A stretch of 64,000 nucleotides of DNA, from NCBI RefSeq assembly GCF_963921235.1, contig NC_086097.1, positions 49,974,001-50,038,000 of the forward strand. Direction: 5' to 3'. Each line of letters starts with the position of its first letter. Within the stretch, counting starts at the first letter, position 1. This DNA is from Mobula hypostoma (Eukaryota). The notes under the pieces were generated by a model. It was given only the letters and a program-made list of their open reading frames with translations, was not told the origin of the DNA and ran no database searches. The position numbers and the translations under genes were made by a program. Below, in pieces: positions 61,222 through 64,000 of the stretch.

Positions 61222-63620
61222 GATTTCCTTGAGTCAGTGGATTGGGTCGTGTTCAAGAACTCATCAGAAGATTTGAATGACTACACCAGGGTTGTTACAG
61301 TATTTATTAAAACAGCTGTGGATGAATGTGTCCCCACAAAACCATTCAGGGGTTTTCCCCAATCAGTAGCCCTGGATGAGCAATGAAATACAGAACCTGC
61401 TGAGAGCCAGATCAGAGGCATTCAAGTCTGGAGATCAAGAATTGTACAAAAGGTGTAGGTATGATCTCCAGAAAGCCATCTCTCAGGCGAAGTGGAGATT
61501 CCAGACTAGACTAGAATCAATGAGGGAATCTCAACAGCTATGGCATGGTTTGAATGCCATAACCTCCTACAAAGTTAATTCTTGCAACATGGGAGATAGC
61601 AGAGCTTCGCTTCCAGATGAGCTCAATGCCTCCTATGCTCACTTTAGTGACCAGAACAGGGAAGAACCATTGTGCACCCCCATGTCTCCCAGTGATCCTT
61701 TGGTCTCAGTATCTGAAGATGACATGCGGGCTGCCTTCAAGAGAGTGAATCCAAAGAAAGCATCCAGTCCGGATGGAGTACCTGGCCAAGTACTAAAGAC
61801 CTGTGCTGACCAACTGGCTGGTGTATTCACAGATATCTTCAACCTCTCGCTCCGACATCATGCAGTTTCCACCTGCTTCAAGCAGGCTTCAATCGTACCC
61901 AGAAGAGTGTGGTAAACTGTCTAAATGACTATTGCCCAGTGGAATTTATGTCCACAGAGATGAAGTGTTTTGAGAGGGGGATGTTGAAGCATATCAGTTC
62001 CTGTCTGAATGGTGACTACCGAAGCAACAGATCTACAGCAGATGCTATCTCGTTGGTTCATCACACAAACCTGGAACATCTGGAAAGCAAAGAAGCATAC
62101 ATCAGGATGTTCTTTTAACATCATCATCCCCTCAAAACTCCAAGACCTGGGCTTCAATACCCCCTTGTGCAATTGGATCCTGGATTTCCTCACTTGTAGA
62201 CCCCAGTCAGTTTGGATTGACAAAAACGTCTCCTCCACAATCTCCATCAGCACAGGAGAACCACAGGGATGAGTACCTAATCCCCTGCTCTACTTGCTTT
62301 ACACCTACGACTGTGTGTCTAAGTACAGCTCCAACACCATATGAAAGTTTGCTGATGACATCACTGTTTGTGGGCTGTATCAAAGGGCATGTTGAATCAG
62401 CATACAAGAGGGAGACTGAAAACTTGGCTGAGTGGTGTAATAACAATAATCTCTCACTCAATATCAATAAGATCAAGGAACTGACTGGAAACTTAAGGAG
62501 AAGGAAACCAGAGGTCATGAGCCAGTAACCATAGGTGGATCAGAGTTAGAGAGGGTCAGTGACTTTAAATTCCTGTGTGTCACTATTTCAGAGGACGTGT
62601 CTAGGACACATCATATAAAGAACACTGAGGCTGTCTACAGGAAGGGCCAGAGCCGTCTTTATTTCCTGAGGATACTGAGGTCCTTTAACATCTGCCGGAT
62701 GATGCTGAGGATGTTCTACGAGCCTGTGGTGGCCAGTGCTATCATGTTTGCTGTTGTGTGCTGGGGCAGCAGGCTGAGGGTGGCAGACACCAACAGAATC
62801 AACGAACTCATTCGTAAGGCCAGTGATGTTGTGGGGATGGAACTGGATTCTCTGACGGTGGTGTCTGAAAAGAGTATGCTGTCTAAGTTGCATGCCATCT
62901 TGGTTACTGTCTGCCATCCACTACATAATGTACTGGGTGGGCACAGGAGTACATTCAGCCAGAGACTCATTCCACCGAGATGCAGCACTGAGCATCATAG
63001 GAAGTCATTCCTGCCTGTGGCCATCAAACTTTACAACTCCTCCATTGGAGGGTCAGACATCCTGAGCCAGTCCTAGTCCTGGACTTATTTCATAATTTAC
63101 TGGCATAATTTACATATTACCATTTAACTATTTATGGTTCTATTACTATTTATTATTTATGGAGCAACTGTAACGAAAACCAATTTCCCCCAGGATTAAT
63201 AAAGTATGACTATGACTACGACTATGGCTATTATTTCAAAGAAAGCACGACAGAGTCTCTACTTCCACAGACGTCTGCGCAGACTCAGCATGTCATCAGA
63301 AATCTTATCAAACATCTATAGATGTGTGATGGAAAGTGTGCTGAGACTGGCTGCATTACAGCCTGTATGCGACCACCAATGCCTTTGAGTGGAAAATCTT
63401 ACAAAAAGAATATTTGGCCCAGTACGTCATGGGTAAAACCCTCCCTACATTGAGCACATCTACATGCAATGTTGCCATAGAAAAGCAGTATCAATCATCA
63501 AAGATCCTCACCACCCAGGCTATGCTCTTGCTACTGCTATCAGGTAGAAGGTACAGGTGCCTCAGGACCCTCACCACCAGGTTGAAGAACAGTTACTACC
63601 ATACAACCATCAGGCTCAAA
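61222..63620 (+). mobile_element. Rex1/Babar LINE, decayed
   Basis: [64 protein letters not shown]. Confidence 0.88.
62620..63228 (+). mobile_element. Younger Rex1 3' fragment of another subfamily inserted in the Rex1 above
   Basis: NTEAVYRKGQSRLYFLR...RKSFLPVAIKLYN*, own 3' UTR, AATAAA and (TATGAC)n tail. Confidence 0.85.
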
Positions 63621-63676
63621 AGGAGATAGCTGCACTCCTTTAAGGATTCATTTAAGGACTCTTAAATTGTTATTCC

Positions 63677-64000
63677 GTGCTTAAAGTCTTAAAGGACCAC
63701 TATTAACCTAAACTTTTGATTATTGCTGAGATGTTTAGATTTCATAAAATGAATCAAGGGGAAGGCCAGTCTATTTCACAGTTTGTGGCAGTGGTGAAGC
63801 AATTGTCTGAACACTGAGATTTTGGGGAGTCGCTGAATGATACGTTATGCAATAGACTCGTATATTGTCTGCATATTGAGGCAATTCAGAAGTCAGACTA
63901 ACATTGCAGAAGGCAATTGATATTAGTACATTGATGGAGAAGGCAGCTAAAGAAGCACAGCTATTATGCATATCTTCCCAAGTTCCTAAAGTTGCTACTG
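63677..64000 (+). mobile_element. Gypsy (Mag-like) gag remnant, running off the window end
   Basis: PKLLIIAEMFRFHKMNQGEGQSISQFVAVVKQLSEH*DFGESLNDTLCNRLV...LTLQKAIDI. Confidence 0.75.

Overview
Eukaryotic, vertebrate-type genomic DNA made mostly of nested, decayed transposable elements. The CR1-dominated mix with Penelope, Rex1/Babar and RTE elements suggests a cartilaginous fish such as a ray (inference only). The only well-supported host gene content is the last two coding exons of a PLD3/PLD4-like phospholipase-D-family gene (2-80 and 1351-1541, + strand). A CpG-rich promoter-like island lies at about 20.1-20.6 kb, with two weak candidate exons downstream. Resolved elements: a complete decayed CsRN1-like Gypsy provirus (2691-17418) holding CR1, a full-length L1 and two Penelope insertions; about a dozen CR1 copies; Rex1/Babar and RTE LINEs; solo LTRs; four hAT-type DNA transposons; and a tRNA-derived SINE. 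The most notable signals are: (1) an in-phase U_UUA_AAC slippery heptamer at the ORF1/ORF2 junction of two divergent CR1 copies, with ORF2 in the -1 frame; (2) repeated minimal hammerhead ribozymes in Penelope ends, including a 143-bp stand-alone insertion; (3) a conserved structured RNA candidate at RTE 5' ends. All family names come from motif recognition, not database searches, and boundaries without a stated target-site duplication (TSD) are approximate.
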